A stretch of 64,000 nucleotides of DNA, from the NCBI GenBank assembly GCA_046539325.1, contig JBKHHD010000002.1, forward strand, positions 32,001-96,000. Reading direction: 5' to 3'. Made by a program: the position numbers and the translations under genes. Shown here piece after piece: positions 1 to 10,459 of the stretch; the first letter of the stretch is position 1; each line of letters starts with the position of its first letter. Origin of the DNA: Candidatus Aenigmatarchaeota archaeon (GTDB taxonomy: Archaea > Aenigmatarchaeota > Aenigmatarchaeia > PWEA01). The notes under the pieces were generated by a model. The model ran no database searches. It was given only the letters and a program-made list of their open reading frames with translations, and was not told the origin of the DNA.

Positions 1-900
1 AACGGTGGTAAACCAAACGCCCTAAACTACGGCCTCGACTACTGTGAAGGTGAACTTATATTCTCCCTGGATGCAGACTCCGTCCCGAGGGAAGGAGCTA
101 TAAGGAATATGATCTCCCACTTCGAGAAGGACGAAAGGGTTATGGCGGTCGTCCCAACCCTCAAGGTCATGGAACCCTCCAACCTTTGGGAGAAGGCACA
201 GGCCGTCGAATACGGAATAACTTCGTTTCTGCGTAAGATGCTTTCCTTCATAAACTCCCTCAACGTTACGCCGGGTGCACCGATGTACCGCAAGGAGTTC
301 TTCGAGGAGCACGGTGGATTCGACGAAACTACGGTTACGGAGGACCAGGAAATGGGTCTGAGGATACACGAGAAGGGATACAAGGTGGACCACGCCATAG
401 ATTCTGTGGTCTACACGAAGGCACCGGACGATATGAAGGGGCTGAAGACACAGAGGGTAAGGTGGAACTACGGAAAGCTAGAGAACCTTGCAAAATATAA
501 GCATATGTTGAGCAGGAACTACGGAAATCTAGGCACCTTTTACCTACCCACGACGCTGGCTTCCGTGGTGGTTCCTATAGCCCTTCTGTTGTACATAGGT
601 GCGAACTCACTGGATAGACTTTACAGTCTTCTACGTCACCAGTACCTAATAGAGTTCGACCTGGAGTACCAGATGGCTTCATTTCTGGAGTTCGGGTTCT
701 CGCCCAACATAGCCCACGTTATCCTCGGGTTTCTGATACTGTTCTCAGTAGTCACGTATATTCTGGCAAGGAGAAGGGTAAAAGAAATAGGTTTCAAGCT
801 ACCGTACATCTTCTACCTCTTCATCTACATATGGATACTTGCCGCATTCCAGTTTATAGCTCTTGTCCGGTTCATATTCGGAAGGAAACCGAAGTGGTAA
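1..900 (+). CDS. Processive GT2 glycosyltransferase (cellulose/hyaluronan synthase-like), 5' truncated by window edge
   Basis: Frame is open from base 1 (NGGKPNALNYG...LDADS). TED and QRVRW motifs; C-terminal TM helices. Confidence 0.85.
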   Translation, partial: NGGKPNALNYGLDYCEGELIFSLDADSVPREGAIRNMISHFEKDERVMAVVPTLKVMEPSNLWEKAQAVEYGITSFLRKMLSFINSLNVTPGAPMYRKEFFEEHGGFDETTVTEDQEMGLRIHEKGYKVDHAIDSVVYTKAPDDMKGLKTQRVRWNYGKLENLAKYKHMLSRNYGNLGTFYLPTTLASVVVPIALLLYIGANSLDRLYSLLRHQYLIEFDLEYQMASFLEFGFSPNIAHVILGFLILFSVVTYILARRRVKEIGFKLPYIFYLFIYIWILAAFQFIALVRFIFGRKPKW

Positions 901-945
901 GGAGAAAGATATTAATAGTAGGCTCGATTAAACTTCTCTGATAGC

Positions 946-2307
946 TTGAAAGATCTCGAAGAACTGAAGGGATGGATTTCAGAAAACAGGTACCTTCTCT
1001 TGATATGGATAGCTTCGACGCTGTTCTTCCTTTACCAGCAGTCCACGGGACTTTCCTGGGACTTCGCCGTCTACGAGATGAACGCGGAGTACCTCTGTTG
1101 TGACGGACACTACTTCGAGTGGGCCAGACCACCCTTTGCTCCGCTCCTCATGATCCTTTCCTCTGCCTTTACACTGTTCACGTGGAACTACGCAGGATAC
1201 GTATACGTCGTCATAGTTTCCGCGATATTTGGCTTCGGCTCCGTGAAATTCGCCGATGAGTTCGGAGTCGATAGAAGGCTGTTCTACGCTCTCATACTGT
1301 CGCCCTTCGTTCTAAACATGGGCCTCATGGCAGGCACGGAGCTGCTGACCCTGGGCTTACTGATGTTTTTTCTCTCCTACATAAAGGATATCAAGGGAGC
1401 CGTGTTTATGGGTTTGGCAGGTCTTTCGAGGTATCCTGCATTTATCTTCTTTCCGCTGGTCCTCTTCCAGAAGAACTGGAAGAAGATCCTCGCTTCCCTA
1501 CTGGTCATAGGCCTCGTTGTCTCGCCTTGGCTTCTTTACAACGAGATGAAGAGGGACGACCCCATCTACTCCTTAGAAAACAGTTACGCACTCAACGTCG
1601 AGCAGCGACATGACACGGTCGATGAGCCCGGACTCATGGACTTCCTATTGCCGATAGGTTACTACCTTCCCCTTCTCTTCCTCGGAGCTTACTTCAAGTG
1701 GAAGGAAAACTGGGGCGAAAAGGACTGGATTATAGTCGCCTTCACAGCTCTGGCCGTTTTCTCCTATCTCCGAACGCCTCACAAGGAACCAAGATACCTC
1801 TTCAACCTAATACTTCCAGCGGCCTATTTTTCATACCACAGTCTGAGAGATCGGCACGAAAAGATTTTTATTGTAGTTCTGGCTGTAAACCTGGTTCTTG
1901 CTGGAGCGTTCTTCGTACCGCTCGGCGAGTACGCAGACATGGGTGAGGCCGTACAAGCAACGGGTAACTGCATGGCAACATCGAATCTCTGGGTGCCGAT
2001 GAACTACCACGGAAAGCCAACCGAGCCAATCTCAACCAACATCTCAGAATCCCTGGAACAGGGGAATAGGGTAGTCCTTTTCAAACACGCCTCCAACTAC
2101 GAGACTTACTTGAACAGAATCGACTCAGAACAACCGATAATCGAAGAAACCGAAATCTATACAGTTTTTGGTTACGAAGATAGATGTTCACCGGAGAGAA
2201 AGGCCGACCGTTCCTTCCTGGTAAGGGAAGGGGAACTGAACGACATAGAAGGCTGCGAGGATATGTTTCCTTGGTTTATCTGCGTATTCTCTCCTTCAGT
2301 AGCATGA
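946..2307 (+). CDS. GT-C fold membrane glycosyltransferase (PMT/GT39-like)
   Basis: N-terminal TM, WD..VY, 'EWARPP', 'TE', 'SRYP' and 'HKEPRYL' motifs; about 11 TM segments. Confidence 0.75.
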   Translation: MKDLEELKGWISENRYLLLIWIASTLFFLYQQSTGLSWDFAVYEMNAEYLCCDGHYFEWARPPFAPLLMILSSAFTLFTWNYAGYVYVVIVSAIFGFGSVKFADEFGVDRRLFYALILSPFVLNMGLMAGTELLTLGLLMFFLSYIKDIKGAVFMGLAGLSRYPAFIFFPLVLFQKNWKKILASLLVIGLVVSPWLLYNEMKRDDPIYSLENSYALNVEQRHDTVDEPGLMDFLLPIGYYLPLLFLGAYFKWKENWGEKDWIIVAFTALAVFSYLRTPHKEPRYLFNLILPAAYFSYHSLRDRHEKIFIVVLAVNLVLAGAFFVPLGEYADMGEAVQATGNCMATSNLWVPMNYHGKPTEPISTNISESLEQGNRVVLFKHASNYETYLNRIDSEQPIIEETEIYTVFGYEDRCSPERKADRSFLVREGELNDIEGCEDMFPWFICVFSPSVA

Positions 2308-2935
2308 GAAGGATTTTAGGTGCGTCCCTCGTTCCGCTGAGGTTGGATTCACCTCTTCTCTGATCGTAATCCACCCAGACCTCCATCACGTTAAGCTCCT
2401 TCTTACATACCTGTGCGAAGATATTTGCCTCTATCTCGAATCCTCTGGCAATGAGCTCCAGGGAACGGAGAGCTTCCTGGGTAAAGCCAAGATAGCCTGT
2501 ACAAAGGTCCTCGGTTTTTCTGTAAAGGAGGGTCGCAGTAATGGAAAATAAACTGTTGCCCAGATGGTGACTCAACAGCATGTTTTCCTCATCCATATCC
2601 CTGACGCCACGTACCACGTCGCAGTTCTCTAAAAGCTCAAGGAAACGTGGTATGTACTTCGGCGGATAGGTCATATCTGCGTCCAGCATTACGAACCTGT
2701 CGTAGTCATCTATTATATGACCAACTGCAGCTCTGAAGGCTATGCCCTTTCCCTTCTCCCTTACCATCAGAACTCTGGCTCCCTTTTCTTTGGCTATCTT
2801 CACCGTGGCGTCCGTAGACAACCCATCTATAACCACGGGCTCGAGGTCGTAGCCGTCTACATCATGAATCCTCTCCAGAACCTCGCCTATAGCCTCCTCT
2901 TCGTTGAGCGTAGGAAGGAGAACTGCGTTCCTCAT
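2276..2935 (-). CDS. GT2 dolichol-phosphate glycosyltransferase (DPM1-like)
   Basis: LPTLNEE, IDGLSTDAT, GKG, LDADMTY, GFEIE and RRGES motifs. Confidence 0.85.
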   Translation of the reverse strand: MRNAVLLPTLNEEEAIGEVLERIHDVDGYDLEPVVIDGLSTDATVKIAKEKGARVLMVREKGKGIAFRAAVGHIIDDYDRFVMLDADMTYPPKYIPRFLELLENCDVVRGVRDMDEENMLLSHHLGNSLFSITATLLYRKTEDLCTGYLGFTQEALRSLELIARGFEIEANIFAQVCKKELNVMEVWVDYDQRRGESNLSGTRDAPKILLMLLKERIRR

Positions 2936-2985
2936 CCTATCGTCAAGATATTTATAACAAGGGTTTAAATGTTTATACGGTATTC

Positions 2986-3741
2986 ATGGGTGAGGTATTC
3001 GACACGAACTGGAAGAGATACGGAGCAGCGATAATCGCAACGCTAGTAGTCTTCGGCTTCGGTGTGGGACTGGGCTATGCCTTTGCTTCACAGACCGCAA
3101 GACGTGTAAGGAACATGCAAGAGGACCTCGAGGAGCAGCTCCTGGGCATGGAGGTTCAGGAGTCTCTGGCCGAGGAATACATCTGTGAGGCCGATATATT
3201 TGGGGTTAGTGAGGAAAGAACCAGTCTCGGACGGCGTCTCACCCGAATGGAGAACTCCTTCGGTCCCGAGGACGAAAGAGTAAAGGATATGAAGAAGAGG
3301 TACTCCTTGCTTTCAATAAGGCAGATGCTCGTCGTCGAGGAGTACAACGAGTTATGTAACGACAGCTACGCACCTATAATATTCTTCTACTCGAACAAGA
3401 AAAACGTGACTGACAGCGAGTCACAGGGCTACGTCCTGGACTACATATACGAGACGTATCCGGACGAGGTCGTGATTTACTCCCTGGACTTCGATCTCGA
3501 TGAACCAGGGCTCAACGCACTAAAGGATGTGTACAATGTCAACAGTACACCTACGATAGTTGTGAACGAGACGAAGTACGAAGGCCTGAGGGATCGTGAC
3601 GAGGTCGAGGAGATACTCACTGAGGAGACATATCTGGACCTCAAGGAGGAAGAAGTCGAACCGGAAAGTTCGAACGAGACCGAAAGTCTCAACGAAACCT
3701 CAGAACCTGAAAACCAAACGTCTGAGAACACAGAAAATTAG
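2986..3741 (+). CDS. Membrane-anchored thioredoxin-fold protein without CxxC
   Basis: N-terminal TM, 'FFYS', 'YNVNSTPTIVVN' cis-Pro loop, acidic tail. Confidence 0.55.
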   Translation: MGEVFDTNWKRYGAAIIATLVVFGFGVGLGYAFASQTARRVRNMQEDLEEQLLGMEVQESLAEEYICEADIFGVSEERTSLGRRLTRMENSFGPEDERVKDMKKRYSLLSIRQMLVVEEYNELCNDSYAPIIFFYSNKKNVTDSESQGYVLDYIYETYPDEVVIYSLDFDLDEPGLNALKDVYNVNSTPTIVVNETKYEGLRDRDEVEEILTEETYLDLKEEEVEPESSNETESLNETSEPENQTSENTEN

Positions 3742-3885
3742 AAAACCTCTCAGAAAGCTTCTTTAAGACAATAAAAGTTCATAAGCTCCTATGAAACAGT
3801 TAAATGGTCTTAAAAATGTTCTGTGGTTCGAACAGAGTCTCTCCACAGAACGAAATCGCAGGCCTGAAACTGTTTCAAGTTACCT

Positions 3886-3893
3886 TTTTATAA
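3886..3893 (+). promoter_or_regulatory. TATA box of the S-layer gene (long 5' UTR)
   Basis: TTTTATAA about 130 nt upstream of ATG 4021; SD AGGTGA just before the start. Confidence 0.5.
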
Positions 3894-4020
3894 GGGAAAG
3901 GGGTTATCTAGTGATGGAGTTAAAACAAAAGGTCCATCACGGACCGAATCCGGTTCCACCAAAATCTTTCGGAATCGGATAAACAAACAAAATTTTTAGC
4001 AAACTTAGGTGATTAGCAAC

Positions 4021-6756
4021 ATGCAAATTAAGAAACTTGCAGCATCTGCATTGGGTACATTGATGGCTGGAGCTTCTCTAGCCTTCCCAGCAGCAGCTGC
4101 ATCAATGGAAGATCTTCCAGCACCGTTCATCGAGGACGGTGAAGCCGACTTCTCAATGGTAGTCGGTCAGGACGCAGCACCTTCAGACGTTGTAGGTGCT
4201 ATCGACGTCGCAACGACCATGGGAGGTCAACCAACAGTAGAAGAAGAAGTAGAAACAGAAGGAGGTGTTTCAGAGTGGACAGCAGACAACGGAATCACAC
4301 TCAACAGAGAGAACAGCAACCTGTTCCTATATGATGCAACAGACGCAGAAGAAAGCCGACTAGACAGCAGAGACCTAGACGCACTCTCCTCAACAGAATT
4401 CACATCTGAAGACGGAGAAGACGTAGACGTAGAATACGAAGCAAACATCGGAAGCGAGAACCAGAGCTTCAACACAGCAGGAGACCACGACGACCCACTC
4501 CTACACGTCAACGTTGACACTGACGCTGAAGAAGACGAACTGTTCTCAGCAACCGTTGAATTCAGTGACAGCATCGACTTTACAGAGACAGACCACGGCG
4601 AAGGAGATGCAGACGAAGTTCTTGAAGATGGAGATGAAATCTCACTCTTCGGAACAGAGTACAGCTTCTCTGACGAGTCCGACAAAGACACACTCGTCCT
4701 TTACGAGAACAGTGAGACATTCGACGTCGAAGACGGAGACGAAGAAACAGTCGAAATCGGTGACGACGAACACACCTTCGAAACAGTAACAGTCAACGAA
4801 GAAGGAGACTCAGCAACAATCCGTGTCGACGAAGAACTTGAAGAAGTCAACGAAGATAGCGACGACGAAATCACAGTCGGCGACACAGACATCCGAGTAA
4901 GAAACATCTTCTCAACAGGCAGTGACGGAGAAGGAGTAGTCGAATTCGCAATCGGAAGCGACGAACTGAACATCCACGAAGACGGAGAAGTAGAGAAAGA
5001 CGAAGACGAAGTAGAAGGAGTCCACGCTGAACTCAGCGGAGGCGACTTCAACGACGTTGACGACATAGAGTTCCGTTTCGGAGCCGCAGACAGTGATGAG
5101 GACTACCTCGAAGCTGGCGACAGCTACACAGACCCAGTCTTCGGAGCACTTGAGTTCCACTACGGAGGACTCAGCCCGAACGCTGCTGAAGACCCAGCAG
5201 AGACAGTCGAAGTCGAAGCAGAAGATGAAGAAGCAGCAGAGATCAGCTTCATGGACGAGAGCGGCGAAGACGCAGACATCGCATTCAAACACGAAGACGC
5301 AGACAACAACCTGGCAGTTGACGACGACGAAGACATCGCGACCTACGACGGACAATCAGTCAAAGAAGAGGAACACCTCATCCTCAACCAGAACGAAGAC
5401 GCAGCGATGTACCAGGTCACAGACGTCGACGACACAGACCTCCAAGACGCACGTGACAGTGATGATGATAACGATCCTTACACTGAAGACGGAGAAGTCT
5501 CAGTAGAACTTGAGAACGTTGTCACAGGAGAATCAGTCACAGTCGAAGACGATGGACTAGAAATCGATGATGATGCTGCTGAAACAGTTGAACTCAAAGA
5601 TGAATCTGTCGAAGGAATGGACTTTGATGTCACGTTCGAAGGCGACGACCACGTCTCACTCGAAAGCACCTACGACGACGGACAGGCAGTCTATCCAAAC
5701 CTGTACAGTGAATCAGGTGCAGCAGTAGCATTCGCAGAAGAAGCAAGCAACTTTGCATCCATCACCGCAGATGATGAAGATAGTGATACACAGACTCACG
5801 ACATCAGACTTCCAAGTACCACGTCTTCAGGAGATCTAGACGTAACAGTGGAGATTGATGAGTCTAATGAGGAAGCAACGGTAACTGGAGATGGCGTCTC
5901 AGACGCTGACACAGAAGACGTAGACGAAGGAGCAACCATCGATTTCACAGCAGGAGAAGTTGACTACGACCTTGAGCTATCAAACGAGACTTTCGACGGA
6001 AATGCTGGTGATACGACGTTCGATCTGACTTTGAACGTTGACGAAGCAGACAGCAATCCGTCCGCAATGGTTCTTCAGCCTGAGGACGACGAAGAAGACG
6101 AGCACGGATTCATCTTCGAGCCTAAAGGCGCCGATGACGATGAGGTAGACGGCGGCGTAGACGTTGGCTACACAGGAGAAGACGACGACGACAGAGACGA
6201 TGTCCGTAAAGGCGGTTGGGCAACACAGGACATGGACAGTGAGGACAACGTCGAAGTAGGTTACAACACCTACGGTACGTACACAGAGTACGACACTGAT
6301 GACGACGACGAAGTCTTCACAGCTCAGCTTCCAGAAGCTCAGTCAACATCTGGTATGGCTCTGACTGGCGAAGACGGAGAGCTTTCCGCTGAAGGTGGCG
6401 GAGGTTCAGTGAGCTACGACAGGATCATGCCGGTTTATGATGCTGTCGGTGCACTCGACAGTGAAGTCGAAGACCCCGCAAGCCAGGATCTGATTCTGGT
6501 TGGTGGACCTACGGTCAACACTCTGGTCGACGATCTCGTCCAGGAAGGCAAGATCGAAGGAACAGGCGCAGAAGAAGAAGAAGAAGACACGTTCGAGTGG
6601 CAGGAAGACACGCCTGAAGTCCAGCTGGTCGAAGACGCATTCGCTGACGGTCAGACCGCTCTTGTTGTCGCAGGGTGGGACCCCGAAGACACGAGAGACG
6701 CTGCTTTCGAAGTGCAGGATCAGTTGAACCCTGACACTGAAAGTCCGTTCGCTTAA
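4021..6756 (+). CDS. S-layer protein (S_layer_N/S_layer_C type), extremely acidic
   Basis: Signal peptide, N-terminal 'VVGQDAAPSDVVGAIDVA', C-terminal 'LILVGGPTVNTL...LVVAGW...T..AA'. Strongly biased GAC/GAA codons. Confidence 0.9.
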   Translation: MQIKKLAASALGTLMAGASLAFPAAAASMEDLPAPFIEDGEADFSMVVGQDAAPSDVVGAIDVATTMGGQPTVEEEVETEGGVSEWTADNGITLNRENSNLFLYDATDAEESRLDSRDLDALSSTEFTSEDGEDVDVEYEANIGSENQSFNTAGDHDDPLLHVNVDTDAEEDELFSATVEFSDSIDFTETDHGEGDADEVLEDGDEISLFGTEYSFSDESDKDTLVLYENSETFDVEDGDEETVEIGDDEHTFETVTVNEEGDSATIRVDEELEEVNEDSDDEITVGDTDIRVRNIFSTGSDGEGVVEFAIGSDELNIHEDGEVEKDEDEVEGVHAELSGGDFNDVDDIEFRFGAADSDEDYLEAGDSYTDPVFGALEFHYGGLSPNAAEDPAETVEVEAEDEEAAEISFMDESGEDADIAFKHEDADNNLAVDDDEDIATYDGQSVKEEEHLILNQNEDAAMYQVTDVDDTDLQDARDSDDDNDPYTEDGEVSVELENVVTGESVTVEDDGLEIDDDAAETVELKDESVEGMDFDVTFEGDDHVSLESTYDDGQAVYPNLYSESGAAVAFAEEASNFASITADDEDSDTQTHDIRLPSTTSSGDLDVTVEIDESNEEATVTGDGVSDADTEDVDEGATIDFTAGEVDYDLELSNETFDGNAGDTTFDLTLNVDEADSNPSAMVLQPEDDEEDEHGFIFEPKGADDDEVDGGVDVGYTGEDDDDRDDVRKGGWATQDMDSEDNVEVGYNTYGTYTEYDTDDDDEVFTAQLPEAQSTSGMALTGEDGELSAEGGGGSVSYDRIMPVYDAVGALDSEVEDPASQDLILVGGPTVNTLVDDLVQEGKIEGTGAEEEEEDTFEWQEDTPEVQLVEDAFADGQTALVVAGWDPEDTRDAAFEVQDQLNPDTESPFA

Positions 6757-6780
6757 GGACCTTCAGATTAGGGTGATCTA

Positions 6781-6821
6781 GGACTGGTTGATTCCGGTCC
6801 AAACCCCCTCCCTTTTTCTTT
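6781..6821 (+). terminator. Hairpin plus U-tract after the S-layer gene
   Basis: GGACTGG-ttgatt-CCGGTCC followed by CCCTTTTTCTTT. Confidence 0.55.
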
Positions 6822-6895
6822 ATTATTCTTACGCGACCAGCCTTGGCTCCGTGAAGCGTAAGGTTTTTATTTCTCAACGTAGACTTCATAAACAT

Positions 6896-7327
6896 ATGTT
6901 TGAATTCTTTGACTTCGAGCACTTCTCATGGGGAGTAGTTGTAGCACTGTTCGCCGTTATCGTACTGCTCGGAGTTACCTTTGGATTCTCCGCGTCGCTG
7001 GACATAGAGATGGAGAAGGTCCCTCTCTACGCACTCCTCGGTTTCACGATATCTATGGCACTGTTTGAGGGTGGTCTCATCGTCTACCTCTACGGTGCAA
7101 ACCGTGGAGCCTTCCACTCCGAGGAGAGGAGGAAGAACCTTATCCTGAAGCTCAACTCAGTGAAGAACGCCAGGGAGGACGTCGAAGAGGGCTTCATGAA
7201 GAGGAACATGGACAAGGAGTCCAGGGACGAAATGCTGAGAGACCTCAAACAGAAGGAGCTGGAGATAAAGAACCAGCTGGAGACGCTACAGAAGGGCGAG
7301 CTGGATTTCGATATGGAGGGTGAGTGA
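6896..7327 (+). CDS. Hypothetical membrane protein (2 TM plus coiled coil)
   Basis: ATG 6896 in ORF 6788-7327; hydrophobic N-half, charged helical C-half. Confidence 0.6.
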   Translation: MFEFFDFEHFSWGVVVALFAVIVLLGVTFGFSASLDIEMEKVPLYALLGFTISMALFEGGLIVYLYGANRGAFHSEERRKNLILKLNSVKNAREDVEEGFMKRNMDKESRDEMLRDLKQKELEIKNQLETLQKGELDFDMEGE

Positions 7328-7328
7328 A

Positions 7329-7943
7329 ATGTCTTACTCCTTTGACTTCGATCTTACAAAGATATCTCGTTCCTTCTTCCGCGAGCTCGCAAGCTTCACG
7401 GAGAAGAGCGAGGTTCACAGAAAAACAGGGAACGCCTCGAGGAAACTGGCGAAGAAAATGAAGGTCAACGAGTTGACCGGAATTCCTATGACCGATGCGA
7501 TAACTCTGGTCGAAGACATGATAGACGTCCACGCGAAGAATCTCGCCCATGAGGACGAGTTCCAGGAGACGGAAAACAGGGCTCTTTTCCTTCCGCACTG
7601 CTCCAGGAAACACATGGACGGAGAGTGTGAAGCGAGCTTCGACCCCGAACTGTCCTCCTACAGCTGCAGAAAGTGCAGCGAGGACTGTCCCGTTAAGAAG
7701 GCAACGGAGATAGGAGAAGAAAGGGGCTACGATGTGTTTGTTTTCCCAGGAGGTTCCTGTATACCAAAGGTACTGGCGAAGAGGGACTACGATGGTGTAG
7801 TCGGTGTTGCATGTTCTGAGGAGATAAAGCTCGGGATAAAAAAACTGGAGGAAGCAGGTGTCGAATACCAGGGAATACCTCTGCTGAAGAACGGGTGTGC
7901 AAACACGGAGTTCAACATAGAGACGCTCAAGAAAAAGCTTTAA
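7329..7943 (+). CDS. DUF116 family protein
   Basis: LPHC, CxxCSEDC, PGGS, GVAC..E, PLLKNGC.NT motifs. Confidence 0.8.
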   Translation: MSYSFDFDLTKISRSFFRELASFTEKSEVHRKTGNASRKLAKKMKVNELTGIPMTDAITLVEDMIDVHAKNLAHEDEFQETENRALFLPHCSRKHMDGECEASFDPELSSYSCRKCSEDCPVKKATEIGEERGYDVFVFPGGSCIPKVLAKRDYDGVVGVACSEEIKLGIKKLEEAGVEYQGIPLLKNGCANTEFNIETLKKKL

Positions 7944-7968
7944 AATACTTACGCGAAAGTGTTCTACG

Positions 7969-8298
7969 ATGAAAGTAAAGACGTTGGCTGTGCTCGTGCT
8001 GGTAGTTTCTGCAACCTTGATGGTATCGGGATGTGTAGACTTCCTCAGAAGGACAGCAGACAGGGTCACAGGAGGCGAGTGTATAGAGCTTGAGAAAAAG
8101 GCAGAGACCAGACCGGGCATGGACTGCAAGTGTTATCCGACTGACTTCATTCCAGAAGGTGTCAAGAACCAGACAGATATGGAGCAACTGGAAGGAAAGT
8201 GCTACTGTACGTGCTCTTTCGAGGAAACCGACGAGGAGGCCAATATATCGATAGTCGAGGGCCCTGATGGAAACACGATAATTTCTCAGCTCACATAG
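7969..8298 (+). CDS. Small Cys-rich lipoprotein
   Basis: Signal peptide ending in the lipobox-like SGC; six further Cys. Confidence 0.6.
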   Translation: MKVKTLAVLVLVVSATLMVSGCVDFLRRTADRVTGGECIELEKKAETRPGMDCKCYPTDFIPEGVKNQTDMEQLEGKCYCTCSFEETDEEANISIVEGPDGNTIISQLT

Positions 8299-9460
8299 AC
8301 TTCTTCATAATTTCTCTCATAACCACGGTGGCGTATCTACCGGGCTTCAGAGAGAAGGATACTTCCACTGTTGCTTTACCTTCAACTTCCTTTACTTCAG
8401 TCACTTCAAAATCCGGTTTGATAAGGACAGCTCGTAATGTACCCTTTGAAGAAAGTTCTCCGAAGTCTTTGAATTCGAAGTCCTTGAGCTTTACATTGTC
8501 TTCCTGTAATGCTTGCTCGAGGTAGCTGTCGAAGCTTTGCGAGGAAAAGTTGGTTCCGTATCCCGGAACCTTACCAGGAAAGTTCCTCGCATCGTGTCTC
8601 AACAGCCGTGATACGGCTTTGTTGAAAACATAGGACTGGTAGGCATGGACGAAAAGTCTCCGTAGGTTTTTAGGGAAAACCTTGAAGACCTTGATCCAGT
8701 CCTTGTCCGTGGAAGGATTCAGACCGTTTAACTTTTTAATAAGATCCCTTTCGTAGGTAAGAGGTCTTGGAAAGTATTCCAGTGCTTCATCGTAGTTTTT
8801 ATTCTCTTCAAGCCTTGATCTCGCTTCTCTGAACTCCTGTTTCTCCGTGGAAAAAGTTTTGAAAAGGTAGGTTTCAACGGCTTCCCTGTAGTTTCTTCTG
8901 AGAAGCTCTTTTCCAACCAGGTGTGTGATAGGTCTCTTACCGCCGAATCTCTGTAGCCCATAGTAGTTGGGTACACCCTCCTTGATTTCTTCAGCGAGCT
9001 CTTGTAGCCTTTCCCTACACTCCTCCAAACCTACATCTATCCCTCTTAATGTTATGGTAAATCTGTTTTCCTTCAGGTCGCCGTTTTTGAGAGAACGGGA
9101 AACCTTCTTGACAGCTTCCACCTCTAGGCCTTCTTCGTCCAGCTTCACCTCCTCCCCATCCAAGCCCTCTAAGGTCACGAACTGGGTCGTACAAGCTCTC
9201 TTATCCTTCAAACCAGCGTATCCTATCCTCTTCTTTGAGAGACGTAGCTTTGACGAAATTCTGTCTATGGCCTCAAAGGTGGTCATATTCCGCTTCTTGA
9301 GCTTGCAAAGAAGGAAGTTTCCGCCCTCCTCAAGGTCTATGGGAACTTCTTCGACTACGAAATCCTCAGGTTTGGTCTTCAGCCTTCCTCCTATACCCGG
9401 AGAATCAGTTCCGTACTCCTCGATTCCGCAGAACTCTTCAAGATCGAAGTCATTGGACAT
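8291..9460 (-). CDS. truD: tRNA pseudouridine(13) synthase TruD
   Basis: PEDFVVEE, YAGLKDKRA.TTQ, PNYYGLQRFG, HAYQSY.FN, GRYATV.REI. Confidence 0.95.
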   Translation of the reverse strand: MSNDFDLEEFCGIEEYGTDSPGIGGRLKTKPEDFVVEEVPIDLEEGGNFLLCKLKKRNMTTFEAIDRISSKLRLSKKRIGYAGLKDKRACTTQFVTLEGLDGEEVKLDEEGLEVEAVKKVSRSLKNGDLKENRFTITLRGIDVGLEECRERLQELAEEIKEGVPNYYGLQRFGGKRPITHLVGKELLRRNYREAVETYLFKTFSTEKQEFREARSRLEENKNYDEALEYFPRPLTYERDLIKKLNGLNPSTDKDWIKVFKVFPKNLRRLFVHAYQSYVFNKAVSRLLRHDARNFPGKVPGYGTNFSSQSFDSYLEQALQEDNVKLKDFEFKDFGELSSKGTLRAVLIKPDFEVTEVKEVEGKATVEVSFSLKPGRYATVVMREIMKKSM

Positions 9461-9487
9461 AATCAACATCCATTGAAATATAATCTA

Positions 9488-9829
9488 TTACTTAATCAGA
9501 GGCAAGTGGCCTGTGACCTTGTCTATTTTTTCCTCCGATCCTGGACCCACGGCCAGAGCCGTCGTGGTTCCCTGAGGAATTTCTGTCCTTCCGGCGTCCT
9601 TCACGAGGTAAGCAGGTACGCCTATCCCCTCGGCATTCCTCTTGATTTGGAATAGCTCTTCCTCGTCTTCCACGCCAACTACCACCTTCTTCTCACCTGA
9701 TTTTTCCCATTTTCTAAGGTTCTTCTCACTGACCTTACGGTATGCTCCCAGAGAGGCGTGGGCCGCCTGCGCAGCCGCCTTCCCCTTGCTGAGGTTCAGA
9801 TCCTTTCTCACCACGATAACCTGTTTCAT
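9488..9829 (-). CDS. pth2: Peptidyl-tRNA hydrolase Pth2
   Basis: KQVIVVRKDL, GKAAAQAAHA, DAGRTEI, AVGP. Confidence 0.95.
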   Translation of the reverse strand: MKQVIVVRKDLNLSKGKAAAQAAHASLGAYRKVSEKNLRKWEKSGEKKVVVGVEDEEELFQIKRNAEGIGVPAYLVKDAGRTEIPQGTTTALAVGPGSEEKIDKVTGHLPLIK

Positions 9830-9865
9830 AGAAACAATTAAAAAGAAACGGACTTATATTGTTGT

Positions 9866-10450
9866 GTGAAAACCATGCTCCACGATCTGGAGGAGAAGTA
9901 CAGTATAAGAAGGAAGTTCACGGGACCGCTTCTCGTAGACGTAAATCCAAACTACCTGTCGATCCTTGCGCTCTTCTTCGCCTTCGCGTCGGGCTATATG
10001 TTCTACAGGAATCTCAACGTGCTCGCAGGTGTCTTCCTTCTCGCCAACGGTTATCTGGATATACTGGACGGAGAGGTCGCCAAGGAGTTCGGAAGGTCCT
10101 CAAAGTTCGGGGACTTCATAGACCACACCTTCGACAGAATAGCCGATCTCGCGATGCTACTGGGACTGGCACTGGGTCCTGTAGTTCCTCTCGAACTGGG
10201 GGGCCTCACGGCGGTAGTCGTACTCCTTGTCTCGTACATGGGCACGCAGCATCAGGCCATAAGCCAAGAGAGGCTCTACGGTGGTCTGTTCGGAAGAAGC
10301 GACAGGATAGCAGCACTTTTCGTCTTTTCCGTTGCCTCCTACTTTTTCCCTGAGGCACTGCTCTACGGAGTATACGTGGTCCTGATACTGTCGGCGGTAA
10401 CGTTTATCCAGAGGTTTCACAGATCCGCAAAGGAGATAAGACGCCTCTAA
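9866..10450 (+). CDS. CDP-alcohol phosphatidyltransferase (archaetidyl headgroup synthase)
   Basis: PN.LS and DxxDGxxA...GxFxDxxxD signature. Confidence 0.9.
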   Translation: MKTMLHDLEEKYSIRRKFTGPLLVDVNPNYLSILALFFAFASGYMFYRNLNVLAGVFLLANGYLDILDGEVAKEFGRSSKFGDFIDHTFDRIADLAMLLGLALGPVVPLELGGLTAVVVLLVSYMGTQHQAISQERLYGGLFGRSDRIAALFVFSVASYFFPEALLYGVYVVLILSAVTFIQRFHRSAKEIRRL

Positions 10451-10459
10451 GATAAAGGA

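Noticed and set aside
4227-5669. Ser/Thr-rich alternative-frame and antisense ORFs in the S-layer gene
   Set aside because: By-products of GAC/GAA codon bias; the same applies to Ser-rich antisense ORFs throughout the window.
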